Shown here piece after piece: positions 7,158 through 17,100 of a stretch of 34,745 nt of DNA. How positions within the stretch are numbered: position 1 is the first letter of the stretch; every line of letters starts with the position of its first letter. The stretch lies in IMG/VR virus record IMGVR_UViG_3300009124_000047, positions 1-34,745 of that record, one strand, 5' to 3'. The notes under the pieces are model-generated. The model ran no database searches. It was not told where the DNA came from and was given only the letters and a program-made list of their open reading frames with translations. The position numbers and the translations under genes were made by a program. The DNA is from a virus. Its lineage: Duplodnaviria > Caudoviricetes.

Positions 7158-10100
7158 ATGCCGAAGACTCGCAAGCTCCAGTTGGCGTTCTCGGGCGGCG
7201 AGATCGACCCCCAGATGTATGGGCGGATCGACTCTCCGCAGTATCAGTCGGGGCTTGCGACCTGCAAGAACTGGATGGTGGACCCGAGAGGCACGCTGCG
7301 GCGGCGTCCTGGTATGCAGCGGGTGGCGAGCAGTCTGGACAGCGCCAACGCCTCGCGCCTAATTCCGTTCACCTACTCGGTGGACCAGCAACTTGCGGTC
7401 GAACTTACGGACCAGAAGATCCGGTTCCACGCCAACGGCCAAACCGTGGTCTGGGCCGACCTCAAGAAGTTCGACAGGTTCGTCACTGGCAACACGCTGG
7501 TGTTCGATGAGCCCCACGGGTTTGTAAACGACGAGAGAATCGTCTTTTACGCCAAGGCTACCACGGGCGGGGCTGACGCTATCAGTCAGTTGCCTGCGCC
7601 TCTAAACGACTTCCCGAACAACAACTATCACGTTCAAGTCGTAGACAGCAAGCGGATCAAGGTCTTGGATGACGAGGGAGGCTCTGTCGTCAGCCTGACG
7701 GATGCTGGTGCCGGATACAACTACTACGCTTTCCGCCACGGCGGGGTAGACGGCAAGATCGGGCCAGCGCAGGAATACCGAGGCTACGTCCGAGGCATAA
7801 CCACGTCGGTCACGTTGTTCGAGCCCAGCCTGTCTTCTGGTTTTTGTCTTCAGTTTGGGACGCAGCCAGTAACCCAGATCACAGACTGGCAACAAGGCGA
7901 ACGTGTGCAGCTTGTCACTTTGCAGACGGCTGCGGCAGGCGGGGACACGATCCCTGTCGCCAGCATCCCGCAACCGTTGTATGTAGACTTTACGGCGGGA
8001 GGGACCGCTGGATGTGGAAGCAGTGTCAAGTTTGGGCTCCGCACTAGCCGTGAGTTTGTCGGCACGCCTGTAGACACCAACGGTGACACCTACATTACCG
8101 CAGACCAACTCAGCGCCGCAGCCGCCAGCACCCCAGGAGCCATTTACTACAGCAGCATTGGACGAACTCCTGTTTGGATCAGGCAGTTCTACGAGGCTGG
8201 AGACCTATTGTATGTGAACGAAAGCCGAGCAGATCCTGCTACTCCTACTTGGATCAGTGCGGGCGATAGGTGCGAGATGTGGCGCGTCACCAAGTCGTTC
8301 GGGGCGACGCTCATCCAAAATAACGCTCCGAGCACAGATTGGAACGCGGTCAAAGCCAGCAGCCTTGAGGCCGTAGACGGAGACGGCTCGTTCTCTTTGT
8401 CGTCCCCGTTCTTGAAGGAAGAACTGTTCGACATCGAATACGACCAGTCGGGCGACGTGGTCACGCTGACGCACCCGAACCATCCCCCGCAAGACCTCAA
8501 GCGGTTTGACACGGTCAACTGGACGCTGGGGCCGGTGGACTTCAGCCCGCAGTTGCAGCCCCCTGCCAACATCGACGGCAGCGTAGACCGTGGTCAAGTC
8601 TACTCGTTTGCCTTGGGCTATCAGAATAGCACAGACTCAAGAGCAACTGTGCTAACCATGCGTCCCAGCGCGGTCATTACTACCCCCGACAGTTTTCACC
8701 CATTCGCAGTTGGGGACACGGTCTACATTGCAAACGACGGTATTAACTCTGCCAGCATTACGTCTTTCTTCGGGACATCCGGTGGGGTCATTGACCGCTA
8801 CTACACAGTTGCGGAGATCGGCGTCAATGTGGCAACCGGCGTAACAAACAACAACCAGATCACGCTTCGTGATAACGAGACGGGCGAGCTTGTTACGCAC
8901 ACATTTGGCACTGTTACTGAAAACTATTTCGTCACCGGCAACGACGTGCTCGTCTACTACAGCGTAGCCGACGCTGACAACGAGCAGAAATACAAGGTCA
9001 CGGCGGTAGACGCTCGCGGGCAAGAGAGCCTTGGATCTGCCGAGAAGGTTCTGGAGAACGTGCTGTCTGTCCCCGGCAGCAGCAACACCATCACGTTCGA
9101 CGCGGTCCCAAACGCCCGCTCCTACAACGTCTACAAGGAGATCAACGGCACGTTTGGTTTCATCGGGCAAGTCGAGAACAGGCCAGACACCACCACCTAC
9201 TCCTTCGAGGACGACAACATCGGCCCCGACTTGTCTCAGACGTTGCTGGTCCCCGACAGCGAAGTGCAGGGCAGTTTCCAGCCGCGTGCGGCGGCCCGCT
9301 TCGAGCAGCGCCGATGCTTTGGTGGCTCGGACGCCTTGCCTCGCACGCTTTTTATGAGCCGCACAGGGACGGAGTCCTCGTTCTCTTACCGCTTCCCGAT
9401 CCAGCCTGACGACCGCATCTCGGTGGACCTAGCGTCCCGTGAGGCGCACGTCATTCGCCACATCGTGCCGGTGCAGGACTTGCTGATGATGACGCAGCAG
9501 GGCGAGTTCCGGGTAACCGCGATCAACAGCGACGCGATTACGCCGAACACCATCGCGATCCGGCAGCAGTCCTACGTCGGCAGCAACAACGTCCACCCGC
9601 AGGTAGTCAACAACTCTGTAGTCTTCTGCTCCGCCCGAGGCGGTCATGCGCGGGAGATGAACTTCCGCGTTGAAAGCCAAGGCTACCTGACGGGTGACTT
9701 ATCCTTGCGGGCAGCGCACTTGTTCGACGGGTTTACCCTGAACGACTTGGCCTACTCCAAGGCTCCGACGCCGGTCCTGTGGTTCGTGTCCAGCAGCGGC
9801 AAGCTCTTGTGCCTGACCTACATCCCCGAGGAGCAGGTGCTGGCATGGCACCAGCATGAGACGGAAGGCGCTGTAGAGAGCATCTGTAGCATCTCAGAAG
9901 GCGACTACGACAACCTCTACGTCATCGTCAAGCGTGGCAGCGACAGGTCCGTGGAGCGGCTTGTGCAGGTCCGCGAGGAGGCGCTAGAGGACGCTGTTTA
10001 CTTGGACGCCAGCGTCAGCCAAGACGGCACGAACACGTCTGCGGACAGGTTCAACATCCTGTCTTCTGGGCTCTACCAGAAGGGTGACACGGTCACGGTC

Positions 10101-10802
10101 ACGGCGATGGAGTCCAGTTCCACGACCGCCAAGGCTGGTTTGTTCTCCAGCGATGATGTCGGCGCGGTGCTGGAGTTCACGCTGGATGGCAGCAAGTATC
10201 GGGTGTCGATTGACACCTACGTCTCGGCGACCCAGTTCACGGGCAAACTGCTCTCGGATCTGCCCAGTGGTCTTAGGAACACCCCGACCTCGTCTTGGGC
10301 TTTTGCCTACAAGACATTCACGGGCTACCAGCACCTAATAGGCCAGACCATCACCGTGCTGGCGGACGGCGTGCGTCAGGAGACGGTGACGGTCGAGCCT
10401 GTCTATGACCCGGTCAGCGTTATTAACCCTCCGCTGGTTATAACGGATGGCTCAATCACCTTGTCCGACTACGCCGTCAAGGTGTGCGCGGGCTTGCCCT
10501 ACGTCTCACAGGCAAAGACCTTGCCCATGAGCCTGGAGGTAGAGGCTGGCGCTCAGGGTCGGACCAAGAACGTCAACCAAGTCTTCGTGCGGGTGGAGGA
10601 CACGGGCGCGTTGCAGGTTGGGATGGACGAGGCTGACCTGAAATCGGTCACAGAACTAAGCAACCTGTTGTTGAAGACGGGCGAGTTCCGAACGAGCGTG
10701 CCGTCTACTTGGGACGACGAGGGTCAGATCGTGGTAGAGGCCACGGGCGCTGCTCCTGCCAACCTACTGAACATCACGACCCAAGTGTCGATCGGAGACT
10801 AG
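7158..10802 (+). CDS. Tail tubular protein B (nozzle, T7 gp12-like) with insertions
   Basis: FSGGEIDPQMYGRID, RRRPG, RLIPF, QSGDVVTLTHPNHPP, FEQRRCFGG, EQVLAWHQH, GLPY motifs; 1214 aa. Confidence 0.9.
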   Translation: MPKTRKLQLAFSGGEIDPQMYGRIDSPQYQSGLATCKNWMVDPRGTLRRRPGMQRVASSLDSANASRLIPFTYSVDQQLAVELTDQKIRFHANGQTVVWADLKKFDRFVTGNTLVFDEPHGFVNDERIVFYAKATTGGADAISQLPAPLNDFPNNNYHVQVVDSKRIKVLDDEGGSVVSLTDAGAGYNYYAFRHGGVDGKIGPAQEYRGYVRGITTSVTLFEPSLSSGFCLQFGTQPVTQITDWQQGERVQLVTLQTAAAGGDTIPVASIPQPLYVDFTAGGTAGCGSSVKFGLRTSREFVGTPVDTNGDTYITADQLSAAAASTPGAIYYSSIGRTPVWIRQFYEAGDLLYVNESRADPATPTWISAGDRCEMWRVTKSFGATLIQNNAPSTDWNAVKASSLEAVDGDGSFSLSSPFLKEELFDIEYDQSGDVVTLTHPNHPPQDLKRFDTVNWTLGPVDFSPQLQPPANIDGSVDRGQVYSFALGYQNSTDSRATVLTMRPSAVITTPDSFHPFAVGDTVYIANDGINSASITSFFGTSGGVIDRYYTVAEIGVNVATGVTNNNQITLRDNETGELVTHTFGTVTENYFVTGNDVLVYYSVADADNEQKYKVTAVDARGQESLGSAEKVLENVLSVPGSSNTITFDAVPNARSYNVYKEINGTFGFIGQVENRPDTTTYSFEDDNIGPDLSQTLLVPDSEVQGSFQPRAAARFEQRRCFGGSDALPRTLFMSRTGTESSFSYRFPIQPDDRISVDLASREAHVIRHIVPVQDLLMMTQQGEFRVTAINSDAITPNTIAIRQQSYVGSNNVHPQVVNNSVVFCSARGGHAREMNFRVESQGYLTGDLSLRAAHLFDGFTLNDLAYSKAPTPVLWFVSSSGKLLCLTYIPEEQVLAWHQHETEGAVESICSISEGDYDNLYVIVKRGSDRSVERLVQVREEALEDAVYLDASVSQDGTNTSADRFNILSSGLYQKGDTVTVTAMESSSTTAKAGLFSSDDVGAVLEFTLDGSKYRVSIDTYVSATQFTGKLLSDLPSGLRNTPTSSWAFAYKTFTGYQHLIGQTITVLADGVRQETVTVEPVYDPVSVINPPLVITDGSITLSDYAVKVCAGLPYVSQAKTLPMSLEVEAGAQGRTKNVNQVFVRVEDTGALQVGMDEADLKSVTELSNLLLKTGEFRTSVPSTWDDEGQIVVEATGAAPANLLNITTQVSIGD

Positions 10803-10803
10803 C

Positions 10804-11622
10804 ATGGGCGGATTTAGCGATTTAGGTCCAACTGCCTCGTTTGGCTACGGTGACTTTGCTGCTGCTGGGGCGCTTCCTAGTCAGCAGGCTTTCGGTGGAA
10901 CCCTCCTTGGGTCGGCTCTGCCAAGTTTCAGATTCAGTGGTCCTGAGTTTGTCACCAACACCCCGCTGAGCGTCGAGGAGTATAACGTCGAGAAGTATCT
11001 CGGGAGGAAGGCGGTTCAAGCCAAACTTGACCAAGCCGAAGCCTTCCAGACCGCTGGCATGGTTTCCATGATCGGCGGCGCGATCACGCAGCAGATCGCT
11101 AGCTACTACCAAGCCAAGCAGGCTCAGTATGAAGCCAAGTCCAAGGCGTCTTCTATGCGCTTCCAAGCGGACATGGCGGACATCAGCGCGAGCATGGCGA
11201 TGGAGGACGCTGCCAGCATTCTGGAGGCGGGGCAGCAGCAGAAGGCGCAGTTGACCATGCGTGCCGGTCTGGAGATGGCGCAGGAGTTGACCAGACAGGG
11301 CGCGAGAGGCGTCAGGATCGGCGCAGGATCGGCTGCGGAGACGCAGGCCAGCCTAGAGTTGGTCAAGGAGATCGACGCCTACAACATCGACACGAACGCC
11401 ATGCGGCAGTCGCAGGCTCGCCGGATGCAGGCGGTCAACCTGCGTGCTCAAGGTCGGATGGGCAGGGTTTCTGCCTACAACCTAGAGCAGATGGCTCGAC
11501 CCGGTGAACTAGGGACGACGCTCTTGGGCGCTGCTGGTCGGGTCGGGTCGGAATACATGCTCTACCGAGCCCAGCAAGAGAACCGTAACCCTCGATACAA
11601 CTACTTCGGCGGTGGTCAGTAA
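10804..11622 (+). CDS. Internal virion (ejection) protein
   Basis: A/Q/M-rich helical protein with QGARGVRIGAGSA motif; position right after the nozzle. Confidence 0.7.
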   Translation: MGGFSDLGPTASFGYGDFAAAGALPSQQAFGGTLLGSALPSFRFSGPEFVTNTPLSVEEYNVEKYLGRKAVQAKLDQAEAFQTAGMVSMIGGAITQQIASYYQAKQAQYEAKSKASSMRFQADMADISASMAMEDAASILEAGQQQKAQLTMRAGLEMAQELTRQGARGVRIGAGSAAETQASLELVKEIDAYNIDTNAMRQSQARRMQAVNLRAQGRMGRVSAYNLEQMARPGELGTTLLGAAGRVGSEYMLYRAQQENRNPRYNYFGGGQ

Positions 11623-14108
11623 TGCCTAGAGTTCCTAGTGTCGGGCTGTCGCCCACGTCGCGACCGCAGTTCCAGGCTCCTGGGGTTGTAGCTTACGGAG
11701 GCCGTCCGCAGGAGATGCAGGACGCGATGCGTCTCGGCGCGGGCATGGAGCGGATGGGCCGGGTCGTCTCTCAGATCGGGCTAGAGATCGAGGACAAGGT
11801 CAACGACGCCCGTGCGATGGAGGCTACCAACGCCTTCGAGAACGGCGTCAGCAAGGCGTTCTTGGAGTATCGGCAACTCAAGGGCAAGGATGGCGTAGAC
11901 GGTCTCGCGGCGTTCCAGCAGCAGGTCCAAGAACTGCGTGACAGCGCAGGCGGCATGTTGATGAACGACATGCAACGGGCTGCCGCCATGCCGATCTTTG
12001 ACAAGATTGGAGCCCGCACAGATCTGCGTGCTCAAGAGCACTACATGGGTGCAGCCGCTGAATACAAGCAGCAGCAGGTTGTAGCCGAGCGCATCAAGCT
12101 GGAAGACGCTCTGCGGTCTGAGCCTCTAGGAGCCAACTCGGTGGCCTTGTTCATGCGCCTGCGCCAGAACTTGGCGAAGGAAGCGGAGGGCTTGGGCTAC
12201 AGCGACGAGCGGCTGGATGCCCACGTCCTAGAGAACACCAGCAAGCTGGTCAACAACCTGTTCAACCACTACGCCGACAGCGACCGACCGGAAGATGCTC
12301 TTGCGTTCCTGCAAGCGGTCGAGGTCTTTGAGCAGTCCCCGATGTCTGCGGCGCAAGGCCCAGCCTCAATGCGCGGCAAGACCTACGAGGAAGCCAAGGC
12401 TGCGGCGGAAGCGGAGAAGCAGCCTGTAGGCGCGGTGATGTTTGAGAGCACTCGCGCCAGCCTTAAGAAGAAGGCCAAGAACCTCAGCCTCAACACTTGG
12501 GCCATGAGGACTGTGGATGGCTACCAGTCTGCCAGCGATGCGTTTGAGGACGCTGAGGTCAAGTTTACGTCAGGCGAGTGGACAGCCGCAGAACGTGAGG
12601 CTTTTGAGAAACGAGCCGCGACGGTCTTTGACCGCCAACGAACTCTCAGCGGTATCGCAGCCAGCGAAACTCTGGAAGCCGCGAAAAGCGAATACATGCG
12701 GGATGGCAAGATTAGTCAAGCCACGCGGGACTCGCTTGACGGCGCTAGAAAGCTAGACGACTTCGTAGGCTGGGTTGGCCGTGTCTCTGACGGCAAGGCA
12801 TCAGATCAGGGAGATTCCTTGAAGTGGGGTGCATACCAAGCCGCTTACGACAACGACACCGGCATTGCAGGGATAGCATCTAGGATTAGAACGCGAGAAG
12901 ACCTGATGCTTGTCTTTAAAGACGCTCTGGGCGCTGGCGCAACTCAGGCAGAAGCGAAGGCTTGGGCTCGCAAGATCGGCCAGCGATCTAAATACGGGGA
13001 GCAAAAGGACGTAGAGGAGGAGCTACAAGGTCTATCGACTGCGACAGACGTTGAGCAATACGCTACTGATTGGTTTGGAGGTCAGTGGGCTGGCGTCATT
13101 GAGCAAGCCAAGATGGGCGACAGCGACAAAGTCAAGGAGGCTGCAACCGCCACACTTGGCTTAAAGTCGGATCGCACCCGAGAGTTCAAGCAGGCTTTTG
13201 ACAAGAAGGTCCGAGAGCTTAGGCTTCTGAATACTGGCCTTGAGGGCGAGGCTTTGCTGGAGCGTGCGCGCAGTGAAGCGTGGCAAGACGGGATCAGGAC
13301 TTACGAGGTCGGAGGAGAGACTCGCAAGATCAACACTTGGCTAGCGCGGCCTTCCGAGATTGAGGCTGCCACCATTGCCGCAACGCCCGCTGGGACTCTT
13401 AGCACTCTTGAGGGCTACATGACGACCTACCGCGTGGTCGGTGAGCCAGACGATCCCAAGCGTCAGCAGACAATCCTTGAGGCGGCCACCCAAGAGTTTG
13501 TAAGAGAGAACATGCCAGCGACCATGCTGGCTGAACGTCGCCAAAGAGAACTTGATCTTGCAAGGAACGCCAGCGCCGCGATGCGAATGATGGGCTTGCC
13601 ACAGCCTATGGCTGCAACGATGGCTGCCGTAGGGGCCATGCAGGCGTATCCACCGTTGCCGCAGCGAGCAGCTTTAGATATTGACTCTCCAGCCGGTCAG
13701 TTCCGACTCCTGCAAATCGCTCAAGAGATCCAGTTGCGTGACACTGAATCTCTGACAAAGGCAGAGCGACAGGATCAACTGAAGCGTGAGCTTTGGTCGT
13801 CCATCAACAGGGACATCGAACACGATGGTTGGCTGACTTCTGCCATCGAAGAAAGCGGCAGAGGGCGTGGAGGAATGAGTCCGGGCCGGGTGTTCTATTT
13901 AGAGCAAAGATATTTAGATGAGGCAGGGCCAACAAGACTAGAGTGGGAGACTCGCGGTATGACGGAAGAGTCTTTTATGGAAGTCTTAAGTCTGCACCCA
14001 ACTTTAGCAAAGGCGCGAAGTCCAGGCTTATTTGCTAAGAGCTACTGGACTCCGCAACCTTACCCCGAAGAAGGGCAAGAGCCCCAAGCAGTAGAGGCTG
14101 GGCGATGA
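11622..14108 (+). CDS. Internal virion (ejection) protein
   Basis: MPRVP start, YRQLKGKDGV motif, helical, 828 aa; synteny. Confidence 0.7.
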   Translation: MPRVPSVGLSPTSRPQFQAPGVVAYGGRPQEMQDAMRLGAGMERMGRVVSQIGLEIEDKVNDARAMEATNAFENGVSKAFLEYRQLKGKDGVDGLAAFQQQVQELRDSAGGMLMNDMQRAAAMPIFDKIGARTDLRAQEHYMGAAAEYKQQQVVAERIKLEDALRSEPLGANSVALFMRLRQNLAKEAEGLGYSDERLDAHVLENTSKLVNNLFNHYADSDRPEDALAFLQAVEVFEQSPMSAAQGPASMRGKTYEEAKAAAEAEKQPVGAVMFESTRASLKKKAKNLSLNTWAMRTVDGYQSASDAFEDAEVKFTSGEWTAAEREAFEKRAATVFDRQRTLSGIAASETLEAAKSEYMRDGKISQATRDSLDGARKLDDFVGWVGRVSDGKASDQGDSLKWGAYQAAYDNDTGIAGIASRIRTREDLMLVFKDALGAGATQAEAKAWARKIGQRSKYGEQKDVEEELQGLSTATDVEQYATDWFGGQWAGVIEQAKMGDSDKVKEAATATLGLKSDRTREFKQAFDKKVRELRLLNTGLEGEALLERARSEAWQDGIRTYEVGGETRKINTWLARPSEIEAATIAATPAGTLSTLEGYMTTYRVVGEPDDPKRQQTILEAATQEFVRENMPATMLAERRQRELDLARNASAAMRMMGLPQPMAATMAAVGAMQAYPPLPQRAALDIDSPAGQFRLLQIAQEIQLRDTESLTKAERQDQLKRELWSSINRDIEHDGWLTSAIEESGRGRGGMSPGRVFYLEQRYLDEAGPTRLEWETRGMTEESFMEVLSLHPTLAKARSPGLFAKSYWTPQPYPEEGQEPQAVEAGR

Positions 14109-17100
14109 ATGACTTTGTAGGGTCTCCCCCTCTGTTTGGCGAAGCGCCCAGCCTTCCCCAGCAGATCCGCGCCAACTTCTTAGAGCCTCAAGAGCAAGAC
14201 CCTAAGAAGTCGCGGGAACTCAAGACTCTACAAGCGGCAGGGGTAGACCCTAGCCTTGACGTTGAGAAAGCCAAGGCTCGCTTCTTGGCCGACACGTTCA
14301 GTAACACGAACTGGGTGCAGCGTCACCCAACGCTTGCAGCCAAGCTGGCTGACCGCAACTACGTCCAGATTGCTCGCGATGATGTAGGCAACATCATTGA
14401 GACGGAGGGCTTGGTTAACGAGATGGCGAACGCTTGGCGCGTGTCTCGGGACACCGTCTTCGCGGGCAAGATCGGAACCCGCGCCATGCTAGAGGTTCGC
14501 GATCTGCACCCTTACGAAAGGGAGCGACTGAAGCGTGCTCAAGAGCTTGCCAGCGCCTACATGGCAAGCGACCCAGGGTTTATCGCTTCGTCGGTAGAAC
14601 TAGCCGGAACCTTGGTGGAGACAGCGGGGGTTTCGGCGGTTGCTGGCGGAGTAACCGGAGCCGTCTTCCCGCCTGCTGCGCCTTACGTGGCGGGCGCGGC
14701 TGCCTACGCGGCGAGCTTTCAGTTAGAGGGCGGCAACCTCTACGCGGAACTCTTGCGCGAGTTTCAGGGCTCTATCACCCCGGCTGAAGCCAGAGACATC
14801 GCTATCGGCTACGGCTCAGTCATCGCCGGGGCGGACCTGATTGGTCTCAAGGTGGCTACCGCCCCCATCAAGGGTCTCATCAAGGAGATCGCCAAGAAGC
14901 GCGGCAAGGGCTTGTTGACCCGAGAAGCAGCGTCTCGCATGACGCTAAGGATTGTCGGTCAAGGTCTAGGCGGAGCGGTTGGTGAGGCTACTACCGAAGG
15001 CGTCCAAGACGTTCTTCAAGAGCGCGCCAAGCGCATTGCCTCCGAGCTTTACCGGCCCGACAACCTCTACGAGCCTGAATACGAAGAGTCGTTCTGGCGT
15101 GCCTTCAACCACACCTTCAAAGGCATGGTCTTGATGGCCGGTGTGCCCACCGGGGTGCGGGTCGTCAACACCAACATCAAGGTTGCTAACGCCAACTACG
15201 ACTACGAGCAAGCCAAGAAGGCTGCCGAGATCCGTGGACGCAGCAAGGCTCCCGAGGCCCAGCGTGAAGTTGAGGCAGAGGCTGGTGAGTCAGACACGCT
15301 GAACTCTACCTACTACGTCCGCGCTCAAGACTTCAACAAGGCAATCTCTGAGCTAGCAGAGCAGACGGATGTCACGGAGCAGCAGGTTCGCGACACGGTC
15401 GAAGCCAACAGCCCTGGTCTGATGGCGAGGATCGACGAGGCCGCAGAACGTGACGGCGAGGTTGAACTGACCAAGTCTGAGTGGGGCGCAGCCTTTGACA
15501 ACACCAAGTTCAGAGATACTGCTCTGTTGAACACGGCGTTTGAGGAGGACGGCCTGACTCAACGGGAAGCCAAGGAGGTTGACCTCATTCGCGATAAGGT
15601 CGTGAAGGAAGAGGGTGAGGCTGCTGCTAAGAAACTTCAGGAGTTGGAAGCGTTTGAGCGCGAGCTTCGCGAAGTCCGCAAGGAGATGCGCCAGCAGTTA
15701 GATGTCGTCCTAAAGGGCACAGACGCAGCGCAGACGATGAACGCAGCGGCTAACGCTGCCGTGCTGATGGGCTTTATCCGGCGCGGGGCTCTCCAAATGA
15801 ACATCTCTCCGCGAGAGTTCGTAGAGAAGCACCTGCCCCAGATCGTGCAGCAGCGCCTGACGGGTCAGGAAGCCGCTCAAGCCCAGCAACAACAGCAAGC
15901 CCAGCAGCAGACCGAGCAGCAAGCAGAGACGCTTGAGACGTTTGCCCAAGACTTGCCGGAAACGCCTGAAGAGCAGCGCGCACGCATGGAGCGCATGCTC
16001 GACGCTCGCGAAAAAGCAGACGAAGAGATGCGAGCGAGGGGTCAAACCGTGCGGTCAAAGGTGCCGGGAGAGACCGAAAGCCCTCCGACGCGCCCGATGA
16101 CGACCGACGACATTACCACGGTCGAGCAGGCAGACCAGTTGCTAGAAGAACTGGCGACGCGCCGCGCCAATGACATAGAGCAGGCTTCGGGGGTTCAAGT
16201 CGCTGAATTTGACCGAGACCGCGCACGCATCGAGGCTCGCCGCGCCCAACTGGCTGGCGAGCAGCAGACCGAGCAGCAGACCGAGCAACAAGCCCAAACA
16301 GACACCCTAGAGTCCGGCACCTTCGACCAAGACGCCGACTACACGTTCACGGAAGGTGACTACCGCCCCGAGGTCGTAGCCTGGGCCAAGGAGCAGTTCG
16401 GGGACCGCGTCGCTCCCAACGGCAAGCCTGTCTACCAGAACTTCGTGCGCTGGTTCGGGGACAGCAAGGTGGTAGATGCGGAGGGTAAGCCGCTAGTGGT
16501 TTACCACGCGACAACCGCAGAGTTTTCTAAGTTTGATCGGCAGGCCGAAGGAAGCATGTTCACCTATGGCCGCGAGCCAGGATCAGGTGGCATCTTTTTT
16601 AGTTCGACCCCCTCTCCATATTTTACTGAAGGCTCTCGCGGTCAAGAAAAGGGGGGGAGAACTATACCCGCCTATGTGACGATCAAAAATCCAGCGATAG
16701 TGACTAGGGGTTTATCTCTTGAGGAGCAAGCCAAGGCTCTGCGTGAAGCGGAAGAGCAAGGGCATGACGGTGCTATCATTGGAGAAGTTGAATACGTCGC
16801 CTTCAACCCCAACCAGATCAAGTCCACCCTCCAAGGACGCAGCGATGAGTATGGCGACTTCAGCGCCGACCCTCGCATCCTCTACAGCAAGGAGGGCGAC
16901 AAGAAGGTTCTAGGCACCGCCTCCTTCGAGGGCACGGACGCCATCCAGAAGATCCTGCTCGACCCCGACGCCAAGCCCACAACTCTGATGCATGAGTTGA
17001 TGCACTGGAACTTGGAGTTGATGGCGACCATTGGCCTCGACATCGAAGGCAAACTGGCGCAAGAAGGATACGAAGCAACGGCGCTGGAAAGGCAGATGCT

